From: a virus
Lineage: Duplodnaviria; Caudoviricetes
DNA: 50,687 nt
Virus record (IMG/VR): IMGVR_UViG_3300017700_000359
Coordinates: 1 to 50,687 of that record
Reading direction: 5' to 3' (one strand)
Below are positions 16,551 to 27,170 of the stretch, piece after piece (positions within the stretch are counted from its first letter, which is position 1; each line of letters starts with the position of its first letter). The position numbers were made by a program, and so were the translations under genes. The notes beneath the pieces are model-generated. The model did not search any database. It was not told where the DNA came from and saw only the letters and a list, made by a program, of their open reading frames with translations.

Positions 16551-19500
16551 TGATGTCTCTTGTCTTGAAGTTGAAGATACCGAGTATAGCTATCCATACG
16601 AGACTCTTCCTGACCTGCAGGTACAGCCTTGGTAGCCCAATACTTCTGTGAGGTATCGATTGTCTTTTCGTACCCACGTGTAGCCTTGCTGAGGATGTCA
16701 GCACGCATATCTAGTGGGATGTTATCGATGATCATCCTAGCACGTACTCGATTGAAGTAATCGGTAGCAGTGTTAGGATCGTTGTTGTCGGCAGCTTCTA
16801 TACCACGTTGGTAATCCTGAGTGATAGCCTTCTGAGCCTTAGCCCAGATCTTCTTCTCAGTATCCTTGATGTTCTTTACGGAGTAGATGTCGTCTTGTTC
16901 TTGAGGCTTAGTACCAGTGATCATAGCCATAAACGTGGCATTACTCGCAGAGACGTCATCGACGTATTGACCATTCTTGGTAATCCAGCGTCCTGTATTG
17001 AGTGCTCGATACCATCTGGTAGAAGCATCTACAGTAGACACCTCATTGAATAGATTGACGAAGTCATTGACCTTCAGCTTGAAGGTGTTGCCTTCCTCGT
17101 CATCACTCATAAGATGCTTAGCAGCTTTCCAAAAGGGATCAAGATTAGCGATAGTATTAACAATAGAGTTAACACCAGCACCACCAAAGATACTCCACAT
17201 AGTCTTATCAGTACGGAGAGACTCCCGGATTTGTGTAAATCCTTGCGAACCATAACGGTCCCCAATGTTATAGAAGTTCCCCTTCTGGAAGTCTCCTTTG
17301 CCTGTAATCATGGCGAGTGACATTGCCGGGATACCCTCCATCATCAGTGATGACAGGAATTTGTCACCTACCTGATAACCATTCGTGATGGCGTGCTCCC
17401 GGATCGAGTCCCCGAAGGGATAGCCCGTGATGCCTAGAGCAGATGGTGCGCCATACATGGCTGCATACATCGTCATAAGCCTAGCTCTAGCTAGGGTTCG
17501 CTCAGCCGTCGTCTCACCAATTCGCTTACCGAAGAATAACTCAGCCATTCGAAGTTGGTAGGATAGAAACTGAGTAGTAAGAGAAAGAACGCCCCCATGA
17601 AGAGCGCTACTACTAGCGCGAGACATGTTGACAGTAAGTAGGTCCGCTTTTTGTAGAATTCTTTGTCTATCGACATCAGTAATAACCTTTACCGGATTAG
17701 CATCCCTGAACTCTTTGAAAGCAGTATAGTAGGCACCAATACGCGAAGCCTTTTCACCTTCTCTAAAGAATACTTGTCCTGCTGAGAGGAAGTTGTTCCA
17801 CTCATTCTTGATTGTTTTATATTGCATCGCATCGTCTGCGATAGCGTGTTCACCACCGACATTCTCGAAACCAGTCCGAGCCAGCTCACGACGAGCCTCT
17901 GCCCATTCACCGGGTTTCCAGTTACTGCCGAATAGTTTCATCTTACTGGCATAGCGATCCATAGCCGCTAGGACTTCTGGATGACCATTCACCCTCGCCC
18001 AGCTATGGAGCATGTATGCGTACGTGCCAGCCATAGCTTGACGGGGATTGAGTGCAAAGATCGTAGTATACGTCTGTGCTTGTACTATGAACTGTGGTAG
18101 TGCGAAGATACCCAACTTGGCGTTGAATGCAAAGCTACGGATGGCAGACACAGGTTCCTTAACCTTATCTAGCATCCAGAGAGGAACTAGAGTGGCAGCC
18201 TTACCGACTACTCCTCGGGTGGCCTCTGGACCAAACTTCTCATAGAACTTGTCAGCCATAAGCTGCGTCAGTCCATGGATAGCTGTATCCATACTAGATG
18301 GAGTGCCAACGAATTGGTTAATCTTGTATCGATTAGATAGCAGGTTCCACCGGATAGACTCCGGAGTATCAGGTTTGAACGCACCCTTATCGGAAGCTGT
18401 ATTGAAGTGGTAGAAGGGAGCAGACCTTACCTCAGACTCAGAAGCCTTAAGGTGAGGGATAGCCTCAGTCAGCCAGTGCTCAACTGCGTAGATCTTGTAG
18501 TCGTCCATGAACGTACTATTGATTGCTCTGTTGAGAGCACGGTTCATGGTTGGAATAGGATCGACATAATCAGCAGGAACGTACTTATACAGAGGATTAC
18601 CTTGCGTACCTTCGTCACGGATTGTTTTGAGATTGCTGGAATCTCTGACTTCATTGTAAGCTACCTTGAATTGCAGAGCATCAGAACCAGACTTAGTTCC
18701 GTCTTTGAATAGACCGGCATGACGTTCTTCCAACGACTTATCGATGTCGAAGATCTTCTTGTTACGGGAGACTACATAGAACGGTTCATTAGGATTGATG
18801 CTGGGAGCAACAACCTTACCGTCTTTATCACGACTAGGCTTATACCAACTAGACAGCTCATCCCAGTCAATGCCTAGCGACTGGCCTTCAGCCTTAGCTA
18901 GATCTTCCTGACCAGATGCCATGTACTTGTTGATCTTGTTCATCTTCGCGACAATGTCAGTCCCCATTCGACGATTAGCAATAGGCATGAGAGTAGTATC
19001 GCCACGGTAAATGCGGCGAAACTTACTAGCAAGGTCCGGGTATAAACCCGTGGATTCGTCAACCATATTCGCCTGCTTGATGAAGAAGTCTGCGTCGACG
19101 TCGAAGTGGCCGCCGCCGCGTCTGTTGACGTGGTTGAAATCGAGCGGTTTAGTCTCAGATGAGTTGGTGATGACATAGCGGATACGTTTACTCCCTGCGA
19201 TGTCGGACATAGCCTTCAAGGGATTGCTATCCGGATCGTAGATTCTGATAACTCTTTGACGTCCTTCCTTGACAGCTTGTTCAAGTTTCTGACGTTCCTT
19301 GGTGGGAATATGCTGAAGGTTAAAGATCTTTTCCTCACCGAGACGTCCGCCCATCACGATGACATTGTCATCACCTCTGGGGAACTCTTGCTGGTGTATT
19401 CCATCAAAGAAGCCTGAAGCTACTCTGGTAGTTCCTTGTTGTACGTAGATCTGATGCTGCTCAGCTCCTAGTCGGGAGCGATTACGGAACTCAGCAATTT

Positions 19501-21841
19501 CAGATAGAACACGGTCAGCTTCAATCAGTCTGACGTGAGCGAAGTATGCCTCAACCTCAGGAACAGAAGGTGAACGTTGATACCAACGCTGGTAGTGATC
19601 CTCGAGATCACCTGGAGTTTTGAAGAAGGACCCGATCTCTCCCGTATCGGGATCAGGACGAGTCTTAGCGAACTTCAACGTATCATTCCACTGCTCAAAG
19701 ACTTCCTTATTAGAGAAGACCTTTCCGAGCCATGTCTGTGGCTTGTACCACTTAAATCTATTAGCGAGGTTCTCGATTAGCTGTGCATCATCCTTAGCCC
19801 ACTCACGGAGTAGACTCTGAGTATAGACAGCAGTCTTACGCTGTAGGCTTTCATTGAATGCTAACGTATCGTCAGCACCTCTGATCCAACCTAGGATAGA
19901 ATTCTTCCAGCCAGAGAAGCCTTCTCGAGATGCAGAGCTTGCACCCTCGCCGTAGAACTTACCACCTTCGTCTTTGTTGATATGCCACTTGCGTACGACG
20001 TCGTCTGTCTCCTTATAGGGACGGACAACCTTAAATGTGAAGCCTAAGCCATTCTGCTCGATGACAGGTTCGCCCATAGTTACACGGGTGTTGACGTCTT
20101 TCAGTCTGGCTTTCTCTTCCTTGAGAAACTCCTTAGCAAGTTTGAATTGCTCACGCGCAGCATCTCTGACTTCCTTAGTCAGAGTTTTATTATACGCCTT
20201 AGCCCGTTCACGGCGGACGAGATCCTCAGTCTTAGGAATAGACTTCTCTAGTCTTTCCTTAGTCCTGATGTCATCAGCCTTACCCTGGAACCTTGCGGCT
20301 TCTATTTCTACGGTACCTTCTGCCTTCACGACGCGAGGTTCGGCAAAGCCGTGGTCCTTCGCGTACGCTCGGGCTTTCTCGACTGAACTAAAGATCCGAC
20401 CGTCCCGATTGCCAAATGTAAATGCAATGTGATTGGTGTTGGTAACAGGATCATAGATAGGGTCTGAGATATCTAGAATTGAATTGTCTAGCCCTGGGAA
20501 GTCGTTCCTTGCTGCGACTTGGTACGCCTTGAGAGCGTCTTCTGTAGCCAGCGGTATAGGAGTACGGTTGACACGAAGAGCGTTGGTAATAGTCTCATAG
20601 AGGTTATTGCCTCTGGAGTAGAATGCATCCTTCATACGGGTCAGGATTTCTCTAGAGAGATAACCACTGCCGGGATTGGTATCGAAGACATCTCCATCGA
20701 GACGATAGTTCGATGTCATCTTTTCTTTGATGTCTTGGACAGGGTTGAGAGTACCGTCGAGTGTCCTCGTGATGTTCTCTGTAGCTCTAGTAATACCAGC
20801 TTGAGCGACGTTACCTGCACCTTCCTCAGCGACAGCCTTAGCAGGAATTTCCTTACCGACATTAGCAGAAGAAGCTACGACATCCTTGAATGCTTTGTTG
20901 ACTCTGTTGTTGAGTTCGACCTTACGGAGCAAAGACGGAGTCTTAGCAATAGCTGCGTAGTCCGCAGGCATGATTGCTGTGAAAATATTGTCAAGGACTC
21001 TCTGCCGAGTATTCGGAGCAGTCATGTAATCTAAGAACTGTGCAGCCAGAGTTGGATTGTCCTTACGCAGACCATCGACAATCTTTGTAACGCCTTCCTT
21101 AAACTTAGGATACGGAAGATCCCACAGTCTGTCGGCCTGCTCTTTGATGTTCTCACCAAGGAGAAGTCCACCAGAGACAACACCAACATCTGGATTGAGG
21201 CCGCGCATCTTGGCTTCGTTGTATGGCTGGATCATCATCTTGGCCTGATCAGCAGCCCAAGGCAGCCAGCCTTGATTGGAGAGGTCGTTGTCGACGTTCT
21301 CCTTCATAGTACGGAGAAGCTCGAAGCGAGTAGTTATCTCACTAGCCTTCTCTTGTGTCTTAGCCGTAGTCTCAGGAAGCTCTAGAATACCCTGTTCAAG
21401 TACTGTACCCTTCATGTACGTCGCTGCGGTATTAGCCATCGAGACATACTTCTCAGCGTAAGCCTTTTCGATGACGTCCCTTGGATCAGCACGACCATCA
21501 CGAGTGAACGGGTCTACCACACGGATAGCTTCGTCGATGGTCAGAGGACCACCCTTCTTGGCAGCCCAGTCTGTCAGCGCTTGGTCTCTTGCCATACTTC
21601 TTTCGAAATCGATCTTACTGGCGGAGACACGACGGAAGTCGTCTTCCTCGCCTGCTGCGATCTTGGCGTACATATCTTTGTAGGAGTCCCCGGTTACGGT
21701 GCCCAGACCCATCTCAGCCTTCTCTGCCCGCTTCCCTGCTTGTGCAGGAGGAAGAGGATCAGCAGGAGCGTTAGTCACAGGAGCCAGACCGGTAGGCGGT
21801 ACTGGAAGATTTTCAGGAGCTAGTGTTACCGGTTCCATCAC
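16547..21841 (-). CDS. Large internal virion (ejection) protein
   Basis: 1764 aa ORF; synteny with podovirus core proteins. Confidence 0.65.
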   Translation of the reverse strand: MMEPVTLAPENLPVPPTGLAPVTNAPADPLPPAQAGKRAEKAEMGLGTVTGDSYKDMYAKIAAGEEDDFRRVSASKIDFERSMARDQALTDWAAKKGGPLTIDEAIRVVDPFTRDGRADPRDVIEKAYAEKYVSMANTAATYMKGTVLEQGILELPETTAKTQEKASEITTRFELLRTMKENVDNDLSNQGWLPWAADQAKMMIQPYNEAKMRGLNPDVGVVSGGLLLGENIKEQADRLWDLPYPKFKEGVTKIVDGLRKDNPTLAAQFLDYMTAPNTRQRVLDNIFTAIMPADYAAIAKTPSLLRKVELNNRVNKAFKDVVASSANVGKEIPAKAVAEEGAGNVAQAGITRATENITRTLDGTLNPVQDIKEKMTSNYRLDGDVFDTNPGSGYLSREILTRMKDAFYSRGNNLYETITNALRVNRTPIPLATEDALKAYQVAARNDFPGLDNSILDISDPIYDPVTNTNHIAFTFGNRDGRIFSSVEKARAYAKDHGFAEPRVVKAEGTVEIEAARFQGKADDIRTKERLEKSIPKTEDLVRRERAKAYNKTLTKEVRDAAREQFKLAKEFLKEEKARLKDVNTRVTMGEPVIEQNGLGFTFKVVRPYKETDDVVRKWHINKDEGGKFYGEGASSASREGFSGWKNSILGWIRGADDTLAFNESLQRKTAVYTQSLLREWAKDDAQLIENLANRFKWYKPQTWLGKVFSNKEVFEQWNDTLKFAKTRPDPDTGEIGSFFKTPGDLEDHYQRWYQRSPSVPEVEAYFAHVRLIEADRVLSEIAEFRNRSRLGAEQHQIYVQQGTTRVASGFFDGIHQQEFPRGDDNVIVMGGRLGEEKIFNLQHIPTKERQKLEQAVKEGRQRVIRIYDPDSNPLKAMSDIAGSKRIRYVITNSSETKPLDFNHVNRRGGGHFDVDADFFIKQANMVDESTGLYPDLASKFRRIYRGDTTLMPIANRRMGTDIVAKMNKINKYMASGQEDLAKAEGQSLGIDWDELSSWYKPSRDKDGKVVAPSINPNEPFYVVSRNKKIFDIDKSLEERHAGLFKDGTKSGSDALQFKVAYNEVRDSSNLKTIRDEGTQGNPLYKYVPADYVDPIPTMNRALNRAINSTFMDDYKIYAVEHWLTEAIPHLKASESEVRSAPFYHFNTASDKGAFKPDTPESIRWNLLSNRYKINQFVGTPSSMDTAIHGLTQLMADKFYEKFGPEATRGVVGKAATLVPLWMLDKVKEPVSAIRSFAFNAKLGIFALPQFIVQAQTYTTIFALNPRQAMAGTYAYMLHSWARVNGHPEVLAAMDRYASKMKLFGSNWKPGEWAEARRELARTGFENVGGEHAIADDAMQYKTIKNEWNNFLSAGQVFFREGEKASRIGAYYTAFKEFRDANPVKVITDVDRQRILQKADLLTVNMSRASSSALHGGVLSLTTQFLSYQLRMAELFFGKRIGETTAERTLARARLMTMYAAMYGAPSALGITGYPFGDSIREHAITNGYQVGDKFLSSLMMEGIPAMSLAMITGKGDFQKGNFYNIGDRYGSQGFTQIRESLRTDKTMWSIFGGAGVNSIVNTIANLDPFWKAAKHLMSDDEEGNTFKLKVNDFVNLFNEVSTVDASTRWYRALNTGRWITKNGQYVDDVSASNATFMAMITGTKPQEQDDIYSVKNIKDTEKKIWAKAQKAITQDYQRGIEAADNNDPNTATDYFNRVRARMIIDNIPLDMRADILSKATRGYEKTIDTSQKYWATKAVPAGQEESRMDSYTRYLQLQDKRHQ

Positions 21842-22347
21842 GAAAACTTAAACAGGCTCTGACCCATCTTACCGAAGGTATCGGAAGACTTCATCAGAGA
21901 ACCGCCAAGGGAAGCCCAGCCGGCTGCTTCAGCCTGATCGGCTTCGACATCAGCGAGCTGCATCTTCTTGCTGGAGATATCGTTATTGATAGAGAATATG
22001 TTTTGTCCCAGTTCTACGTTTTGACTGATACCAAGACTGTTAAAGAAGCTTTGACCAGAGACTCCGGCTAAACCACCTTGTAAGCCAGAACCCAGGGAAG
22101 CTCCCTGATTAACAGCAGCAGCTGTAGCCATCGCACGTTGACGTTGCATGTTACGGAAGATTTCCATCTGCTTTCTAGAACTCTCTAGAAGCATCTGCTG
22201 ACGCTTCTGTTCATTGATCTTCTGTTCATCGCCTGCAATACCCTTCTTGATATTTGCAGCTTCCTGGGCACTCTCAGCACCACTGATAGCTCCGAAGACT
22301 TGCATCCCGAAACCGACTATATTTAATCCTGCTGAAATTGGATCCAT
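21838..22347 (-). CDS. Small internal virion protein (T7 gp14-like position)
   Basis: MDPIS start, Gly/Ala/Gln-rich; follows tail tube B. Confidence 0.65.
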   Translation of the reverse strand: MDPISAGLNIVGFGMQVFGAISGAESAQEAANIKKGIAGDEQKINEQKRQQMLLESSRKQMEIFRNMQRQRAMATAAAVNQGASLGSGLQGGLAGVSGQSFFNSLGISQNVELGQNIFSINNDISSKKMQLADVEADQAEAAGWASLGGSLMKSSDTFGKMGQSLFKFS

Positions 22348-24644
22348 TACGTACCTGCGTTAATAGTATCTACAGCAGCCCAACCTTGAATGTTAAAAGG
22401 CATACCGTCTATAGAGGATATTTTAAATTGAAGAGCGTATCCGTGACCTCGGATCTTATGTCTTCGAAAAGCTGTGTCAGCACGAGTCAATCCATTTACT
22501 ACACGTTGTAAAGAACTCCAGCGCCCAGAGTTTCGATTATTACTGAAATCCCATATACCTTGAATGTAATATCCATTGGCTGCCCCATATACTCCAGAGT
22601 AAACTTGAATATACTGAGGTTGGAATTTCTTTATGGCTTGCCCTCTGATTTTGAAGCCAGTAATAAAGAAACTCTCATAATTTGTAGGATCGACTTCATT
22701 CCAATCTACATAGTTTTCATTATGCAGATCAGCCAGGGTAAAACTGGTGATATTACCTGCCAAATACTTAAACATAGGTTCTAAATCGGTATTAGCAGTA
22801 ATGCCAGATATATACTGGATGCTATTAATGCTAGCTACATTTGTAGAGAAGGAGTAGGGGAAGAAAGCTTTATTGTAGACGTTGTAGCTTAATATTCTAT
22901 TAAACGCGTATCTATCGGTGACGCTGGTTTCATCAGTATCTTTGTAAATCCATTCAATTACATATTCGATTGGATTGTAAGCACCTTTGACATATTTTTT
23001 ATTATTAGGAGGAATGGCGTCGAAGAAAACCTGAATAGTACTTACAGTAATTGGCTCGACAGCTAGGCCTCCACCCTGTTGCTGTTTGACCTGATAGATA
23101 CCTTCTTCGTTCCAGAAGAAAGGCATGCCAAGAACGTCAACAAAACTGCTTCCACTTATACTTTGAATATTGCTAATTTTAGTTATGGTGTAATCTGTAG
23201 CTGTGAAACCAATACCCTGGCTACCTGTGATAAACCACACTCCGTTGGCAGCAAACACAAGCATACCATTCTGCACTGGGAATAACTTGAAGATATTGCC
23301 AGCGCCTTGAATTGTTATCACGCCACCATCAGTGGGAAGAATATCAAAGAAGGTTTCACTAGTAGGATCGTTAGTCTGGTAGCATTTGCCAAAGTCTGTA
23401 TAATTATTCACAATCTGGGAGAAATAGATATTCTCGGTCCAGGTGTAGAAGTCACTGCCAGAGGTATACGAAGCATCTGTTCCGGTGTACCACACACGGC
23501 CTTGGAACCATGTACCCGTACGTGGGCGAACTGTAGTTGATATGACGGGAAGTCCGTCAACGCCTGAGACCGAACTTCTGTCAATTGTGAAGGCAGGAAC
23601 TATATAGTGCCCTTTGCCCGCAGGAGAAGAGGGAGGGATCACATTTCCAATTGTGGTAGAAGGGCTGAACACTCCAGAGGCATCTTTATAGAGCCACCAC
23701 ACATCTGCATTGCTCGGATAGTTTCCGATAGCAGTATTCCAAGTGGTGATCAAACCTCTGTTATAAGGCAGGACGTAGAAGCTAGTAAACGTAGAGCCTA
23801 GTGCTGGTGCGTAGACAGAAGTGACATTGATAGTAATGCTAGTGCCTGCGTAGGCAGTGACATTACCGGTCATGATATTAGTGCCGGCTGGTATTCCTTT
23901 AAACGAAGCGACTTGATTTTCAATAGCTACTAGTTCGCCTAACGTTACTGAAAGACCAGCTTGTACAGTCAGAGTGATTGAGCCTACTTGAGCGGTCCTA
24001 GTATCCGAAGAAATACCTGACCAAGGATTTCCACCGCTCCAACCTTGATTGTTTATGTTGTAGGAATGAGCAGCAGTAAGTGCCGTGGGTCTAAAATTAT
24101 CCGCTATGCCTGTTTCTACAATGCCATTGACATCTCTGATAGAGACTTGTATTGGATTGCCTGTGATTGTTCCTGCGCTATAACTGCAGTAAATAGGATC
24201 ACAGGTAGGATTAAAAACAAATAGATAACCATTTCCGCTGGTGAATTCACACTCGATCGTAGAATCAAAACTGGCAGTGAAGGAACTCAAATCAACTATG
24301 CTGCTTAAGATTTGAGCAGACATAGGAAACTCTTTAGAAGCATCTGAAATACGATAGAAGCGAAGGATACCTCCTATTTGAACAACTAAGATTTGAGTAT
24401 TACCATCTCCTCCGACATTGTTCCAGACATAAGTAGTCACTGCCTGTCCTGCGCGGTCAGCCAGCGTGATTTCGAAATTCTCTTCGTAATCAATTCCTAG
24501 ACGTCTTAAGACATCTCCGGTAAGAGTGTATTCGCAGTTATCAGTATCTGTCGCAGCATTCTCAGGAAAGTTCAAAGCCGTAGCTTCGGTAATCAAACCT
24601 TTAGTAAAGTTGCTTTCGACGTTTACAGTTGCTTGCTGGGGCAT
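22347..24644 (-). CDS. Tail tubular protein B / nozzle (head stabilisation)
   Basis: NFTKGLITEAT.LNFPENA start, FQGRVWY, beta-rich, KIRGHG.ALQF near the end. Confidence 0.8.
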   Translation of the reverse strand: MPQQATVNVESNFTKGLITEATALNFPENAATDTDNCEYTLTGDVLRRLGIDYEENFEITLADRAGQAVTTYVWNNVGGDGNTQILVVQIGGILRFYRISDASKEFPMSAQILSSIVDLSSFTASFDSTIECEFTSGNGYLFVFNPTCDPIYCSYSAGTITGNPIQVSIRDVNGIVETGIADNFRPTALTAAHSYNINNQGWSGGNPWSGISSDTRTAQVGSITLTVQAGLSVTLGELVAIENQVASFKGIPAGTNIMTGNVTAYAGTSITINVTSVYAPALGSTFTSFYVLPYNRGLITTWNTAIGNYPSNADVWWLYKDASGVFSPSTTIGNVIPPSSPAGKGHYIVPAFTIDRSSVSGVDGLPVISTTVRPRTGTWFQGRVWYTGTDASYTSGSDFYTWTENIYFSQIVNNYTDFGKCYQTNDPTSETFFDILPTDGGVITIQGAGNIFKLFPVQNGMLVFAANGVWFITGSQGIGFTATDYTITKISNIQSISGSSFVDVLGMPFFWNEEGIYQVKQQQGGGLAVEPITVSTIQVFFDAIPPNNKKYVKGAYNPIEYVIEWIYKDTDETSVTDRYAFNRILSYNVYNKAFFPYSFSTNVASINSIQYISGITANTDLEPMFKYLAGNITSFTLADLHNENYVDWNEVDPTNYESFFITGFKIRGQAIKKFQPQYIQVYSGVYGAANGYYIQGIWDFSNNRNSGRWSSLQRVVNGLTRADTAFRRHKIRGHGYALQFKISSIDGMPFNIQGWAAVDTINAGT

Positions 24645-24931
24645 TAATCTTTTACTTGCGTGATCTTGACGTTACGCCTACGGAAGTAATCCTCTGCATG
24701 TTTGATTGCTGCCTTGAAGCCTGTAAACCTTCCTTCGAGACCCCCGGGAAGTAGTCCATTCTTTTCCCACTGGCAATACCAGAGACTAGTAGAAGGATCC
24801 ATTTTGATATGAAGTTTTTGCTCGCCGGTAAACAATCTCTTATCGGGCTGCCCTTGAGCAGACAAAGCTGTTGCGTTATCCACAGGAGCCAACTCTAGAA
24901 TCCGGTCTTTACTTCTTACATTATCGTTCAT
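24644..24931 (-). CDS. Hypothetical protein
   Basis: ORF between the tail tube genes; GLLPGGLEGRFT. Confidence 0.75.
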   Translation of the reverse strand: MNDNVRSKDRILELAPVDNATALSAQGQPDKRLFTGEQKLHIKMDPSTSLWYCQWEKNGLLPGGLEGRFTGFKAAIKHAEDYFRRRNVKITQVKD

Positions 24932-25803
24932 CTATCCCATCCTAAGGATTTAAAGAGACTAACAGGCGCTCGAGCACCGATGCCACGACGACCAAAATTA
25001 GGTAGGGCGTCAAAATAGCTAGGAGATTCATGTACAGCCTTATCACGCTGGACTGCCGATCTGCCGCGTTTGATTTCTCGTTCGGCTAAAGGGTGTGGGG
25101 TCTGTTTGAGTTCAAAGAAAGCCAGTGACTTAGCTTCATTGAGAAGCAAGGGAAACTGCTCGTCGTTCAGATCTGGGATGAACTCATCTGTGTTAGACCA
25201 GGTCGGTTTGATCTGTCCAAATGCCATGCTCTTGGAGGCTTGGAGCGTACTATCCTGGGAACTGTCGAAGCTATCAAAGATAACGTAGTTATTGCTAAGG
25301 ATGGTACAGTACTGAGGCTGCTTGCCACTCTTGTAGTAGAATGTGTATTTGTTGTTGAGAGTGAACGAAAAGACATCAGTTTCCGATGGGTTAAAACCGT
25401 TAGTCATATCAATGAATTGACGAATCGGAAGTATAGTCACATACTCATACCCAGGAGTGGTCATAGTTCCGACATCTGGATCGGAGATAATATCGACATT
25501 GATATCATGCCCACCGCCAGTAGAATCGCTGAATACATTGGTATTGAAATACTTGATCCAATCGATCTTAGCTACGCCAGAAGGAACGTACATAAGAACA
25601 GGAGCATCTATGTCTAGACTAGGCTGTAGCTGTACAAGTTGCCAAGTCTCAGGGAGGTCAAGCTTGTCGATGATATTAAAATACGACTGGCGAATGATCT
25701 CTAAGACCTGAAGACTTTCAGGACTATCAGATACCGAGTTAACCTCATCAGCTCCAAGGGAGGAGAGGATACTCTGCGTCATCTGAAGATTAGTTAGTTT
25801 CAT
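24928..25803 (-). CDS. Tail tubular protein A / adaptor
   Basis: MKLT.L.MTQSILSSLGADEVNSVSD..ES; start refined to 25803 (GAGG RBS). Confidence 0.8.
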   Translation of the reverse strand: MKLTNLQMTQSILSSLGADEVNSVSDSPESLQVLEIIRQSYFNIIDKLDLPETWQLVQLQPSLDIDAPVLMYVPSGVAKIDWIKYFNTNVFSDSTGGGHDINVDIISDPDVGTMTTPGYEYVTILPIRQFIDMTNGFNPSETDVFSFTLNNKYTFYYKSGKQPQYCTILSNNYVIFDSFDSSQDSTLQASKSMAFGQIKPTWSNTDEFIPDLNDEQFPLLLNEAKSLAFFELKQTPHPLAEREIKRGRSAVQRDKAVHESPSYFDALPNFGRRGIGARAPVSLFKSLGWDR

Positions 25804-26201
25804 GGTTTGCCTCTGTAGGCTGTGACGAATAGATACGCAATGATAGCGTATGGAATGTATTGCATACCTTCGACCGGAGGGTCTACGTTCCAGACGTGAT
25901 CCGGGATTAACCCCTTGAACGTCAGACAATAGAAGTAGAACATACTCCAGACAGCTACTGGATACATAATTAGGTCCCGCATCAGCTTAACCCCAAGGTC
26001 ATCCTTGGTAGCTAGTGCTAATGCGAGCCTAGTTTGTAATACAGCGACGTCTGTCTTGTTAGTATCGACTTGCTTGCCCAGCGCAGTCTTGTTGGCATCG
26101 AGTGTTTTCTGGAGGTCTACGTCAGCTTTCTGCTTGAATAGATCCACCACGCCCTGAATTATAGGACCGATGACAGGTATTACGCTGAGAATGCTAAGCA
26201 T
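25800..26201 (-). CDS. Membrane protein, holin-like (lysis cassette)
   Basis: Hydrophobic N-terminus and two further TM segments; downstream of the lysin. Confidence 0.5.
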   Translation of the reverse strand: MLSILSVIPVIGPIIQGVVDLFKQKADVDLQKTLDANKTALGKQVDTNKTDVAVLQTRLALALATKDDLGVKLMRDLIMYPVAVWSMFYFYCLTFKGLIPDHVWNVDPPVEGMQYIPYAIIAYLFVTAYRGKP

Positions 26202-26458
26202 TAGAAGGTTGCATTCCTACGGCGAGCGAGTTCATCGACGATGCCCTTGAAGAACAGTCCGATGCCTAGCCAGATAGTTTGCTTATACGAGAAGCCCGTA
26301 TCCATGCCTAGAAGATTGAACACTGGAGACCAATCGACAGCACCTACCGTAGCTACGATCAAACCGATGAAGGATTGCAATCGAGCAATGAAGATCGTCT
26401 CAGAGTACTTGAAGAAAGCCTTGACTTCCTCCCACCAGAGTTTAAGACGAAGTAGCAT
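26201..26458 (-). CDS. Two-TM membrane protein, holin candidate
   Basis: Start refined to MLLRLKLWW; two TM segments; basic C-terminus. Confidence 0.5.
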   Translation of the reverse strand: MLLRLKLWWEEVKAFFKYSETIFIARLQSFIGLIVATVGAVDWSPVFNLLGMDTGFSYKQTIWLGIGLFFKGIVDELARRRNATF

Positions 26459-27170
26459 TGAGTTTCTTATTCTGTAAGTAAGAGTAAATATCGAAGGCCA
26501 GGAAGGAGACCAAGGCCAGACCGAAGGTACAACCGATGATCCAGGGCAGATAGTTAGTCGGGGCAGTAACCGCTGCACCAGCGCCAGCTGCAACTACAGT
26601 ACCTGCAGCAACAGCTCCACCAGCACCACTGCGATTGAAGACACCGAGGAACTTCAGAATGCCAGCGCCACCAAGCTGAGTATCAACATGATCAGGATCA
26701 TACACATGATCAGCAATATACTTACCTTTGATGTACTGGTCTGTACCAGCCCAGACATACGGTGACGGAACCCCTTTACCAGCATAGCCTAGTCCGTTAT
26801 ATTCTTCGAACTTAGTGAGCGCACCGGCAGCAGACCAGTCTTTGTTCTTGGCTGCATGGGGAGCACAGTTAACGAGAGCATCTACGGCAGCATCTTCGAA
26901 GGAGTTAAACGGACCACGTCCTTTAGGAACAATAGTCGTCTTCTTGTTAAAGGGTTGGCCATTAGCGATGTTGGTGCTCATATTGAGGTTAGACTCACGG
27001 TAGTGCACCATTCCGATGAACCACCAAGGCACACCGGTTAGTTTTTCAATCTTATCGTATACAGCCTTGTTCGCCTTGATGCGATTAGCAACCATAGCGA
27101 AGGCAGGGCCCTTGTCAGCAGGAACCTTACAGTTCTGCCAACGGATTTTATTTTGTTCTAGGAGAGACAT
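26442..27170 (-). CDS. Endolysin (COG5526-type lysozyme family) with C-terminal TM helix
   Basis: GVPWWFIG.VHYRES, EEYNGLGY, PSPYVWAGT, GKY.AD..YD....D.QLG. Confidence 0.8.
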   Translation of the reverse strand: MSLLEQNKIRWQNCKVPADKGPAFAMVANRIKANKAVYDKIEKLTGVPWWFIGMVHYRESNLNMSTNIANGQPFNKKTTIVPKGRGPFNSFEDAAVDALVNCAPHAAKNKDWSAAGALTKFEEYNGLGYAGKGVPSPYVWAGTDQYIKGKYIADHVYDPDHVDTQLGGAGILKFLGVFNRSGAGGAVAAGTVVAAGAGAAVTAPTNYLPWIIGCTFGLALVSFLAFDIYSYLQNKKLNATSS

